Shown in pieces: positions 1 through 12,794 of a stretch of 64,000 bases of DNA. Within the stretch, counting starts at the first letter, position 1; every line of letters starts with the position of its first letter. Both the position numbers and the translations under genes were made by a program. Under the pieces are notes generated by a model. The model ran no database searches. It had not been told where the DNA came from and worked only from the letters and a program-made list of their open reading frames with translations. The DNA is from Octopus bimaculoides (lineage: Eukaryota): NCBI RefSeq assembly GCF_001194135.2, contig NC_068984.1, forward strand, positions 93,203,372 to 93,267,371, read 5' to 3'.

Positions 1-52
1 TCTGGTTTAAATCCTGGACAGCATTATTTAATTGTCTCCAAAGATACAGCAG
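1..52 (+). CDS. DMTF1: DMTF1 coding exon, partial (SGLNPGQHYLIVSKDTA)
   Basis: Open frame from base 1, ends CAG|GTAAGT (phase 1), compatible with the exon at 3512. Confidence 0.7.
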
Positions 53-2338
53 GTAAGTTGTTTTACTAATACCAGTAAACTTGTGCCTTCGTTTCTTTTG
101 TATCACAAAAGATCACAGACGTGCAGGTTGATAGAACATGCATGCACATACACAGATATGCCAGGCTTTCTGATATATTTCAGTCTTTCTGTGTTGAGTA
201 TGAAATATACATTGTTTCATTAATGATAAGCCATGTAAGTAAAAAAATGCAAATTAAACTATTTACTGGTAAATGGTATATGGCCTTGCTCAATATGTAG
301 GAAAGGATTTCGAAGAAATTCCATTCACTGCACCCAGTGTAAACTATGGACACATAGGAGGTGCAGTGGAATCCCAGGTAGATTAACAGATAAAGTCGTC
401 TTTGTATGTGGCAGATATGCAGGAACAATAAGCCTAAGAGCACACAGGACTTAGATTCTCTCAAATGCCCAGGAGGCTCTTTTGTGGTTGTAGATAGTTT
501 TTGTTACCTAGGTGACCAAATTAGCAATGGTAGAGCATGTGCTGAAAGTATTGTTTCTAGAATAAGAGAATAGGGTGGAGGAAGTTCAGAGAGCTATTAC
601 CTCTGTTAGCAACAAACAGACTATCTGTGAGTGAAAGGTAGACTGTATGATGCTTGTGTGTGAATGGCCATACTCCATAGTAGTGAGACATGGGCTCTGA
701 ATGCAGAAGACATGCATAGACTGGAGAGAAATGAAGGCAGTATGCTCCGTTGGATGTGCAACATCAGTGTGCATGTATGACAAACTGCAAATGTATTGAG
801 AGAAAAATTGGGCATAAGAGGAATCAAATGTGGCATGCAAGAGAGAAGACTACGTTGGTTTGGACATGTGATGTGTATAAATGAGGAGAGCTGCACAAAA
901 AAGTGCCAATCATTGGAGGTGGATGGTACCTGTAGAAGAGTGAGACCCAGGAACACATGGGAGGAAGTGGTAAGGACTGAACTCAGGATGTTGGGCATCA
1001 CAGAGGAAATGATAATAGACTGAGATGTCTGGTGATATGAGGTTCTTGAGAAGACCTGCCCATGTCAGTGAAACAGTTCTAGAAGTGCTGTCTCTTACTA
1101 TCAAATTGGGTTCTTCTGTGAGAGTGGATACAACTTGGTGATCCAAGCAACAAAAAGAGGTTGAGCAGGTGGAAAATTACTATTTTGGTACTCATGTCTT
1201 TGCATGGGTATGCAAATGGGTACCTTGAGTACTCATTGACTATCACCAATAAGTAGCAGTATTGTGTGATTGATATCAGGGGACTAACATAGTCAATTGA
1301 GAGACGCTCCCATGGTCTAAATGCCTGTATTAACTGATCCATAAGGGGCTTGTGGAAGCAGGGCTTGAGCTAGTTGCATGTAGAGCAAACAAGTGTTATT
1401 TTGTGGATTTTGTTGAGGGAGAATGGCAGATTTTGTACTTTACAGTAGTGATGTAGGCAGGTCACTCCTGGATAGCAAAGTTGTTTGTGAAGGGTTACCA
1501 GTGTTGTAGGTGTCTCTTGTGGCTGCACATCTTGATAGCACATCTGCTACTTTGTTTTGAGTCTCATGTCTGAAAGGTCTAAGCGCCAGCATGTAATTTT
1601 TACATTTTTGATTTTTTATGTCCCTTGTTTATTGAAGATCATTCCTACTGAGCATTGATTGGTGATGATGCTGCAGTAAGGGGAAGCATGTATTAGGTGG
1701 TGCCATTTGTGGAAATATTCTATGATTGCACAGGCTTCTCTCTTGATGATAGATTGGTGTTTCTGTGCCTTTGAAAAGGTCCTTGAATAGAAAGCCAGTG
1801 GCCTTTCTTGTGATAGCATTCCTCCCAAGGCTAGGTCAGAAGCATCTGTTTTGATGGTTAAGTGGTACTTTGGGTAATGGAATAGTGAGTATGACATTTA
1901 CTAATGCAGTCTTGAGGGATGTGATTACTGCTTTTGCTTCTGGCAGTCTGGCTTTGTTGATATTCTCTCTAATCCTTGTAAGTAGAATTGTATAGTGGGT
2001 GCACTGAGGTATCCACTTCGCATAATATGTTCTCTCAGTGTTGTTTGTGCATCTAGTAGAGTCTGGTACCTTTTAGGATCGGGTTCTATTGCTGAGGTTA
2101 TCATGTTCATATTGGATTTTGCCAGTTATGATGCTGTCATCTAGATAGGCAAAGGATTTTTAGACCCATCAAGCCAAGTTAAATCACAGTCGTGGTAGAT
2201 ACAATGGTACAATGGTACCTGTAACAAGACGTATCACTAAAAAAAATTACAGCTGAATCAAGAAAATATAGACCTCAGAACTCTCTACGTTCAATGGAAC
2301 AGTGAACCACAATGTATTTGGAGTACACGTACCCATGC

Positions 2339-2370
<32 letters not shown>

Positions 2371-5300
2371 GCTTAGGAGGTTGTTGTGTCCTAGCATATG
2401 TGCTGCTTCTTTTAGTTTTTGTATTTTTCAGTGGTGTTCTCTGTCTATTATTTTACCTTCATGCCACAGGGGAAGGTGGTCTCCATTTTTCCATACATGA
2501 TCAGCTATACACGATTTATCAATATCTCCTTGTGTCATAGCCTTGCAATGTTCGTCTACCATTATTTTGATGGGGCAGAATGTTTCGCCTTTGTATAACC
2601 TACCACAGCTGCATGGGATGGAGTACATGCAGTCTTTGGTTATATTCCCTTCTGTTGGTGGTTTTACTCAAAGGAGATATTTGTGAAGTGTTGTATTAAT
2701 GTTGAATACTGTCCTGGTGTCATATGGGCCACATATCTTTTGTATCTTTTTGGAGAGGCCTTTGACATAGGATAAACAGACTGTGGACAGTTTATTGGTT
2801 TTATCCTCTCTTTTCTTCATAATTGGGGTGGATAGTATGTTTTAGGGATAGTTGTTGTTTAATAGATTGTTATTGAGCTTCATCATTTCCCCAAGACACC
2901 TGATGAAGGCTGGAGGGTATATCAGCTGAAACGTTGTGTTAACAACAAACAAGATGAGGACAAATATCCGTCAAATGTAAATAAGAAATTATTTTTATTT
3001 AATGAAGATTTAATAAAATCTAATCATAAGTAAGTGAAATTATGCTAAATACAACTAAATTGAAAACCTTTTCCTCCCCTTGGCCATATCAGCAGTTCTG
3101 AAAAGTTTTAAGGTGCAAATTTTACATGAGTAGAGACTTTTTTTAACAATTTTTATCCTGTAAGTCACCTGCGTAAATTACACAAGTGCGCAAATTACAT
3201 GGGTTTTTTATGGTACACACACATGCAGTATGCAGATTCTGTCAACGAAATTTCACACAATGTATGGCTGAATTCCAATTGCCCTAGGTTGAACTCAGAA
3301 ACCATATGCTTGCAAAATAAACTTCTTAACTCACAATCATGCCTATGTATATTTATTTAAATTATTTATAACTTTTCTGTTTAGAAAAATATCTGTTTAT
3401 ATGCTTAAGCTTTCATATTACTTGTGCTTCTATTTAACTTTCTTCCATAACTGTTGTTATACATTCTGTGAAGTTGTAATTTATTCATATATTTACTTCT
3501 GCTGATTTCAGCAGCTCTTGGAGTTGGTATTCTTGAAGAAGATACTCCAACAGAACCAGGATCTAAAAGGATAAGGCTCTCGGGAGAGGATGGACAAACC
3601 TTTATTTTTACTATTAGCGGTAAGTGAAAGAAACCTCACATTTTTTAAAAATGAATATTATAGAAGAAATACAATGACATATTTAATTAAATCCTAAAGT
3701 ATTTCCCTTGATTAAAAGAAAAAAAACTATTTTTATGTCAAACCTATCTTGTGTTACTATATATGCATATATATTTGGTCTGATCAATAAGTATCCAGAC
3801 TGTTGCTATAGTAACAAAGCTAAAGCACGGAGAGTGAAGCCACTTGGCAAAGATTGACCTTGAACTCTGCTGTGCATGTGCCTTAAGTTTTAATGTTCTA
3901 GCTCACTTTCGCTGTTTACAGCAGTACTTGGAAGGAAGGTGTATAATGTGTGATCATCGCATTGACCATGACAGAAAGTTGAGCAGAGAATCTGCATCAA
4001 ATATTGACAAAAGCTTGGCAATACCTACTCAGAGGTCTATGCAAAATTTACAGAAAGTTTTTATCATTCTCAATACAATCAAGGAGATCTTGTGCAATTG
4101 AAACTCAAATGTCTTTTTGGTCAGCTGAAAGCAGTTTTGGCACAAACTTGGCAGGCCCAAATCTCATACCCAAATCTTCAGCAATAATGGACAGAATTGA
4201 ACCATAACCAATCTGCACACCCTCTGATAGTGATTCAACGGATTCAACTGATGGTGATTCAATGAGACGATTTCCCCTCACAGCTTCAGACACATCTGCA
4301 ACGTTTTTCTCAGTTCAGCTGGTTGTGTGTCTCCCAGAACATTTGTCAATATCAACATTTTTTGGGCCATCTATCTTAGAAATGTCTGAACCACTCGTAC
4401 ACTTGTGTGTGGCTCATACACTCCTCTCCAAACACTTCCTACAACTGCCTCAGAGCAGGTATCGCCATGGCAACTTTCTCTGTCATGGTCAATGCGATGA
4501 TCACACACTACATGCCTTCTTTCAAAGCACTGCTGTAAACAGCGGAAGTGAGCTAGGATGTTAAAACTTAGTGTGCATACTCAGCAGAATTCAAGGTTAA
4601 TCATACCAAGCAGCTTGTCTGCATGATTTAGCTTCATTACTGTGGCAACAGTCCAAATACTTATTAATCAGTCCTCATATATGGTATTAACAGTGTGTTA
4701 AAATCTTACACTTACCTGTTTAATATAATAGATTGCTTAATGTACACATACACTCACGCATGCTCACACATTGTTGGCATCATAAGAATATCAAACTTTC
4801 AAGAGAATGTGCAATTATTGTTTGTTTTTTTCTTAAAATTGGATCTCTAAGTGCATAAAGATATAAATAATAGCATAGTGACCTTTGACGTTTTCTGTCG
4901 AAAATGGTTTTGCAACCCAATATTTACATACTGTTATTCATAGCTTTATGTGATATATGTGAAGATCCAATATTCAAATATATATTGCATGCCAATAATA
5001 TAGTTAATAATCCAGGGCACAATGATGGTTTATTGCACTCTTCACTACCTTCAGGCGTTGACGATTCAGCACTTAGGAATGATTATCCAGGAGAAAAAGT
5101 GAACCCTGTTAAATATACAGGGATTGATGAGACCCTGAAATTTAGTTGTAATTCAGAATCCCAAATGTAAAGTCGACCTCGGTGGCATTTGAGCTTAGAT
5201 CATAAAGACAGACAAAATACTGCAAAGCTCTGCTTAAGAAAAAAACATAGTTTATAAATGTGTAGTTAAAGGAGAGAATAATTTGTTTAGGGAGTATATC

Positions 5301-8300
5301 AGGAGCACTACTAATTTTAAAAGGAGATATAGGGCCCACATGAGCTCATTTTCGAATGCCAAATACTCTAATTCTACCATGTTGGCATCCTATATTCATG
5401 ATTTGAAGATGAGGAATATGAGCTACATTATTGAATGGACAGTCCTGTCCAAAGCCCCCACATACACACACACACTTTAATGCTAATTTAAGCAAATGTA
5501 GGTTATGCTTAAGAGAATTGTACTTGATTCTTAAATGTTTGGGGCCAAAACTCCTTAATAAATTCTTTGATGTCGTCCCTTTTTGCAATCATAGGTTTTT
5601 CTCAACCTTTTTGAGTATATGCAAAAATAAAAATAAGGGTAAAATTAAAATGAGATGTTTCTGAAGACTGAAGTTGAGTAGGACCTGCAGCAAATTCTTT
5701 CTCTTAATTTAATCATTAATTTTTGAAATTGACAATGGACTAATCCTCACTGATTACTTTGTCATTGAACACTATATTTTTTTTACCTCCCTACACCATT
5801 TTAGAATCATTTGACAACCAGAAATGTGAAACTTTTGTAAATAAAGAAATGCCAGAGCTACGGGGCTCTTTATACAGGGATGATGCCTTATTCATCATCC
5901 CTGGTAACAATAAATCAACCATTGAGAGAATAAGAAAGAAAATTAGGAAATTCTTTAGAAGTTTCAACCTAAATATTACATATGAATATGGTACTAAGAT
6001 TGTAAATTTTTTAGACACTACTCTAAACAGAGACACTAGATTGTACTACCCCTATAGAAAAGAGAATGAGGTTACAAGATATGTAAATAGATTATCTAAT
6101 CACCCCCGAATGTATTAAAATCAATAGTAAAAGTATTTCTGAGAGAATTACTAAGTTATCTTCTAATATTGATATTTTTAATTCCAATTCATACCACTAC
6201 AATGTTGCTTTGTCTAAAGCAGGATATTGACCAGAAAATTTCTTTCCTCAGCTCTGGTAGGCCAACTCTTTTTGATGGAGATAATAATAATGATATTAGT
6301 AATAGTAAGCCTAATAACTTAACTAGTAGTAATGAAAGACTAAATGAAAAACAACCCTACATACCTAATATTTTAAGTAATAAGAAAAATAATAGAGTAC
6401 ATTTTGATAGGAGACTACATACTAATACTAGCAGAAAACCTAGGTTAGATAAAAGTAATGGCAATGTAAATGATACAGTTACTCTACAAAATAATAGGGA
6501 TTCCACAAATGCTCACTCACACAATAAATTTAAAAGTAAAAATCCTGTCTGGCTTAATATCCCTTTCAACTGTATGGTATCCACGAATATTTACAAAAAA
6601 TTTATGGATATTTTACAAAAAAATTTTTCCTTCTTCCCACAGATATAGTAGAATCTTTTCATGTCATACAGTCCGAATCTCTTTCCTCTACCCTCTCTAA
6701 TATAGGTACAATCATAGCTAGGTTAAATAGAAAAAAACAGAAGATTAGCTAGAATCATTGAAAATAAGAATGATGGAAATAGTTATAGGAATATAAATAA
6801 TAATTTAACCAATGTCAATAATAATATTACTAATAATTATAGAAATAGAAGTAAAAATAACAATGACAATAGCAATTATGAAGGTAACAGCAATGTCCTT
6901 AGCCCTGTCAACCAAAACTTAAACCAACAAAATGAATATAGTAGTATTGATGTTGAAAGTATAATTGAAGTAAATGGTGGTTTCAACTCTAATGATAATA
7001 ATGTGAATTATGGATATAGTTCATATATGGAAATAGACAATATTAGTATGCCTGATGCTGCAGGAATAATTCTATCTGATAGCACGTTAGAAATGGAGTT
7101 AGATGGTAATAGAGGTTATCATAATAAACCTGATAACAGAATTAATAATAGGGGAAATAATATCAATGTGAATAATTGTAACAACAATAATTTAAATCTT
7201 AGTAATAATATAGGTGTTGTTGATAGTTCTACTAGTTGCAATTGTAGAAATAAGTCCCGTTGTCTGTTGTCTCACCAGAAACGTAGTATATAAATGCACA
7301 ATAAGTACTATAACTGATAATTATATTTACTTGGGATGTACGATTAATTTGAGACAGCGCATATATAACCATTTGTCATCTTTTAGACTTAAGCATAAGG
7401 CAAATTGTACGTCGTTATCAAATAAAATTTGGGAATTAAAGGAAAGTGGTACTAGTTTTTAGCCTTAAATGGGAAATTATAAGAAAAGCCCAACCGTATA
7501 GAAATAGCAGATATGGATGTGAACTATGTTCCATGGAAACATATGAAATTTTAAAACTTAGAAACAATTCTAACCTGATTAATAACAGATTAGACCTTAG
7601 AGTATTGTGTGTACACTGTTCCACTTGCACTTTTAAATATTTTAAAAAGTAGCAAACTTATATAGTGTGGTATTTTAACATCTACCATGTTTATCTTAGG
7701 CTATTAATTAGCACATATTTAAATTGAAATTGAACCTTTATGATATATTTNNNNNNNNNNAGAATGTTTTGAAAGTTCTTAATAGTTTTTAATTAGTTTT
7801 CAAACCTTGTAAATTTTATTTAATGCCTGACCCTAAAAGATCCTTATTATTCCATGGCTTGTAGTGGTATGGTTACTGTTATTCCATGGTTGACTTAAAT
7901 AAATCTAATCCTTGTTCCATTATCATTCTGCACTTGGCCCATGTTAGTTAACACAAGTTCCTGATCATTTAAACTAGTACACAACTATCATGTTCTCTAT
8001 TAATTGTTTGAAGTGTATTCTTTGTTAATTCCAAGCATTCATTTTATTAGTTTCTTAAACCTTGATGAGCCCATTATTATAAACTATGTAAATCTTATAT
8101 ATTAATTGTTTAAATTAGTTATAAAATAAATTCTATCTCTTATATGTCCTTTAAATGATATTAGATATATAAGTTTTAATTTTCACCATTATAATTCTAT
8201 GTTAATTCCTATCATTCACTTTACTAGTTTCTTAAACCTTAATGAGTTTATCCACGTATATTTACAAAAAATTTATGAATATTTTACAAAAAAATTTCCC

Positions 8301-10686
8301 TTCTTCCCACAGATATAGTAGAGTTTTTTCTTGTCATACAGTCCGAATTTCTTCTTCTACCCTCCCTAATGTAGGTACAATCATAGCTAGGTTAAACAGA
8401 AAGAACATTAGGTTAGCTAGAATCAATGAAGTTAGGAATAGTGGATATAGTTATATGAATATAAATAATAATCTAACAAATGCCAATAGTAATATTGCTA
8501 ATAATTATATAAATAAAAGTAGAAATAACAGTGACAGTAATATGCTTAGTCCTGTCAACCACAATTTTAACCAACAAATAGAATGTAGCAGTATTGATGT
8601 CGAGAGTATAATTGAATTAGATGGTGGGCTCAACTCTAATGAAAATAATGTGAATTATGGATCTAGTTCATATATAGAAACAGACAATATCAATATGCCA
8701 AATGTTGGGGGAATAATTCTAACTGATAGCACATTAGAAAACGAGTTAAATAGTAATGGAAATGATCAAAATATACCTAATAGTAGAATTGATAATGGGA
8801 TAAATAATATTTATGTAAATAATTGTAACAGCAATAATGGAGATATTATTAATAATATAGGTGTGGTTGATAGCTCCACTAGGTGCAACTTCAGAAATAA
8901 GTCCCATTGTCCGTTATTAGGCCAATGTCGCACCTGTAACGTAGTTTACAAATGCATAGTGAAGTATGATAACTGAGAATTATATTTACGTAGGATCTAG
9001 CATTATACTGAAACAGAAAATATATAGCCATAGGTCTTCTTTTAGACTAAAACATAAGGCAAATAGTACATCATTAGCTAATAAAATTTGGGAGTTAAAG
9101 GATAATGGTATTAGTTTTAGCCTTAAATGGGAAATTATAAGAAAAGCCCAACCTTATAGAAATAGTAGATATGGATGTGAATTATGTTCTATGGAAACAT
9201 ATGAAATTTTTTAACTTAGAAATAATCCTAACCTAATTAATAATAGATTAGACCTTAGTGTATTGTGTTTACACTGCTTTACTCGCACTTTTAAATTTTT
9301 TAAAAAGTAGTTAAAATTATAAAGATGTGATATTTCAACATCTATCATATTCATCTTGGGCTATTAATTAGCCACATATTTAAATTTGAAATTGTACATT
9401 TATAACATATATTTCTGATCTCTCACCTCAACATACAATTTTCTTGTGGTAACTAAGATTTCAACTTTATCCATGGATGGTATATTTTTTCACACCACTT
9501 CTGCTACTGCTGTTAGTACTTAGTATGTATCTTACTTATTTTTACCCTATGTAGCTTATAAGAATAGAAGGTTTTGTAAGTTCTTATTGTTTTTAATTAG
9601 TTCTCAAACCTTGAAAAATTTTACTCACTACACAAGGAACAAAAATATCACAAAAAGTCCCAGTGCATTTTCAACTTCTTTTTGTATCTGTGTGGAATAA
9701 AATAACTTTGTTTTACACACACACACACACACACACAGATACATATTGTTTTACTCTGTAACAAGCTCTGTCTTGAATTTGAGTGCTAATTACATTTTCT
9801 GCTTTTCAAAGAACCTAATTCCAGTGCTCCAGTGGATCAAAAAGCTGCTGAAATTACTATGGTTCGTATAATCTAACTTAATTTCTCAATTTCAATTTTG
9901 TAAATATAATAATGTATGTGTGTCTATAAATATATATGTCTCTGTATGCAGTCAATTTGTTCAAGTTTGCTTTGTATTCAAGAAATCCCAGATTCTATCT
10001 TGTTACATAGCAAATGGGATTTTTTTTTTTTTTTTTTTGCCCTTGGCTGTGTCAGCCCAAGGCTTATGAGTGAAATTGAGGAGATGAAAGCTGTGCCAAG
10101 TGGGCCAGTCAAATTAGATGTACTGTAATTCAATCGTATAACTTTATCATGCATAAATCATACTGATTCTGCCTAAGGATTATGTTAAAGATACACATTT
10201 ATGAACTACTCAGCTACTTGCATTCTAATTTATTTAGTATGTAATTCACTTGATCAAACACTTAAATTCACATGGAAAAAATAATGGAAATCCATCATCA
10301 TCATTTTAATGTCTATTTTTCAATATTTGCATGGGTCAGATGAGGCATCACTAAGGCTGAATTTTCTAAAACCAGATACCCTTCTTATCATCAATCCTTA
10401 TCCATTTCCAAACAAGCTAATAATTCCTTAGTCTCTCAGACAACCAATACTCCAGGCATATTTTTGCAGAGGTCTGTAAATAATCATCATATGTATGAAT
10501 AGTGGGCAACATTTATGTTTATAATCAATACATGTTAACATGAAAGGAATATGTACTCAGTGACATACATACATATATATATAAACACATACAACAATGT
10601 TCGGTTTCATTCTACCAAACTGCTCTCACATGCTATTGGTTTGCTCAAGTAGAATGCATTGAGACAGCATCTATTAAGTGGATATA

Positions 10687-10719
<33 letters not shown>

Positions 10720-12760
10720 NNNNNNNNNNNNNNNNNNNNNNNNNNNNNNNNNNNNNNNNNNNNNNNNNNNNNNNNNNNNNNNNNNNNNNNNNNNNNNNNN
10801 NNNNNNNNNNNNNNNNNNNNNNNNNNNNNNNNNNNNNNNNNNNNNNNNNNNNNNNNNNNNNNNNNNNNNNNNNNNNNNNNNNNNNNNNNNNNNNNNNNNN
10901 NNNNNNNNNNNNNNNNNNNNNNNNNNNNNNNNNNNNNNNNNNNNNNNNNNNNNNNNNNNNNNNNNNNNNNNNNNNNNNNNNNNNNNNNNNNNNNNNNNNN
11001 NNNNNNNNNNNNNNNNNNNNNNNNNNNNNNNNNNNNNNNNNNNNNNNNNNNNNNNNNNNNNNNNNNNNNNNNNNNNNNNNNNNNNNNNNNNNNNNNNNNN
11101 NNNNNNNNNNNNNNNNNNNNNNNNNNNNNNNNNNNNNNNNNNNNNNNNNNNNNNNNNNNNNNNNNNNNNNNNNNNNNNNNNNNNNNNNNNNNNNNNNNNN
11201 NNNNNNNNNNNNNNNNNNNNNNNNNNNNNNNNNNNNNNNNNNNNNNNNNNNNNNNNNNNNNNNNNNNNNNNNNNNNNNNNNNNNNNNNNNNNNNNNNNNN
11301 NNNNNNNNNNNNNNNNNNNNNNNNNNNGGTGCTTTTATGTGCCACCGGCCCGAAGGCCAGTCAGGCGGTACTGGCAATGGCCACGCTCAAAATGGTGTAT
11401 TTTATGTGCCACCCGCACAAGAGCCAGTCTAGGGGCACTGGCAACGACCTCTCTCGAAGTCCTTACACATGCCACGGGCACAAGTGCCAGAAAAGCGACG
11501 CTGGGCACAGGTGCCTTCACGATTTCGCTTTCCCCAATAAGTCTTCGCAAGCTGAGTTTCGTGTTCAATGAAGGAGACGACGTTGGCATGGGTGCCAGTC
11601 GTCAAATTCAACTTGATTTCGATTTCACTTGCCTCAACAGGTCTTCGCAAGTGGAGTTTAGTGTCCAATTTAACTCGATTTCGATTTCACTTGCCTCAAC
11701 AGGTCTTTGCAAGTGGAGCTTAGTGTCCAATGAAGGAAGGTACGCATAAGTAGACTAGCTGAGGCCTTAGATTTAGGTCTCACTTGGCTTGCCGGGTCTT
11801 CTCACGCAAAGCATTTAGCAGAGTTTCTACAGCTGGATACCCTTCCTAACACCAACCACTCAGAGAGTGTAGTGGGTGCTTTTACGTGCCATCGGCATGA
11901 AGGCCAGTCAGGCGGTACTGGCAACGGCCACGCTCAAAATGGTGTATTTTATGTGCCACATGCACTAGGGGCACTGGCAACGATCTCACTCGAAAGTCGT
12001 TACACATGCCGTGGGCACAAGTGCCAGAAAGGCGACGCTGGGCACAGGTAACATCACGATTTCGATTTCGCTTGCCCCAATAAGTCTTTGCAAACTGAGT
12101 CTCGTGTCCAATGAAGGAGACAACGTTGGCATGGGTGCCAGTCGTCGAATTTAACTCGATTTCGATTTCGATTTCCTCAACCGGTCTTCGCAAGTGGAGT
12201 TTAGTGTCCAATTTAACTCGATTTCGATTTCACTTGCCTCAACAGGTCTTCGCAAGTGGAGTTTAGTGTCCAATGAAGGAAGGTACGCATAAGTGGACTG
12301 GTTGAGGCCTTAGATTTNNNNNNNNNNNNNNNNNNNNNNNNNNNNNNNNNNNNNNNNNNNNNNNNNNNNNNNNNNNNNNNNNNNNNNNNNNNNNNNNNNN
12401 NNNNNNNNNNNNNNNNNNNNNNNNNNNNNNNNNNNNNNNNNNNNNNNNNNNNNNNNNNNNNNNNNNNNNNNNNNNNNNNNNNNNNNNNNNNNNNNNNNNN
12501 NNNNNNNNNNNNNNNNNNNNNNNNNNNNNNNNNNNNNNNNNNNNNNNNNNNNNNNNNNNNNNNNNNNNNNNNNNNNNNNNNNNNNNNNNNNNNNNNNNNN
12601 NNNNNNNNNNNNNNNNNNNNNNNNNNNNNNNNNNNNNNNNNNNNNNNNNNNNNNNNNNNNNNNNNNNNNNNNNNNNNNNNNNNNNNNNNNNNNNNNNNNN
12701 NNNNNNNNNNNNNNNNNNNNNNNNNNNNNNNNNNNNNNNNNNNNNNNNNNNNNNNNNNNN

Positions 12761-12794
<34 letters not shown>

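Noticed and set aside
8061-8100. Hammerhead in the Neptune-like pLTR (cttgatgagccc...)
   Set aside because: The core is altered and no stem II partner or GAAA follows; at most a decayed relic.
11565-11610. Hammerhead in the RTE 3'UTR (caatgaagga-stem-gaat)
   Set aside because: Lacks the CUGANGA and GAAA cores; kept only as a hairpin.
11429-12211. Recurrent small ORF MDTKLHLRRPVE... (also 31609-31809)
   Set aside because: Recurrence follows from the repeat copies; the start is not ATG in all copies and lengths vary by frameshift.
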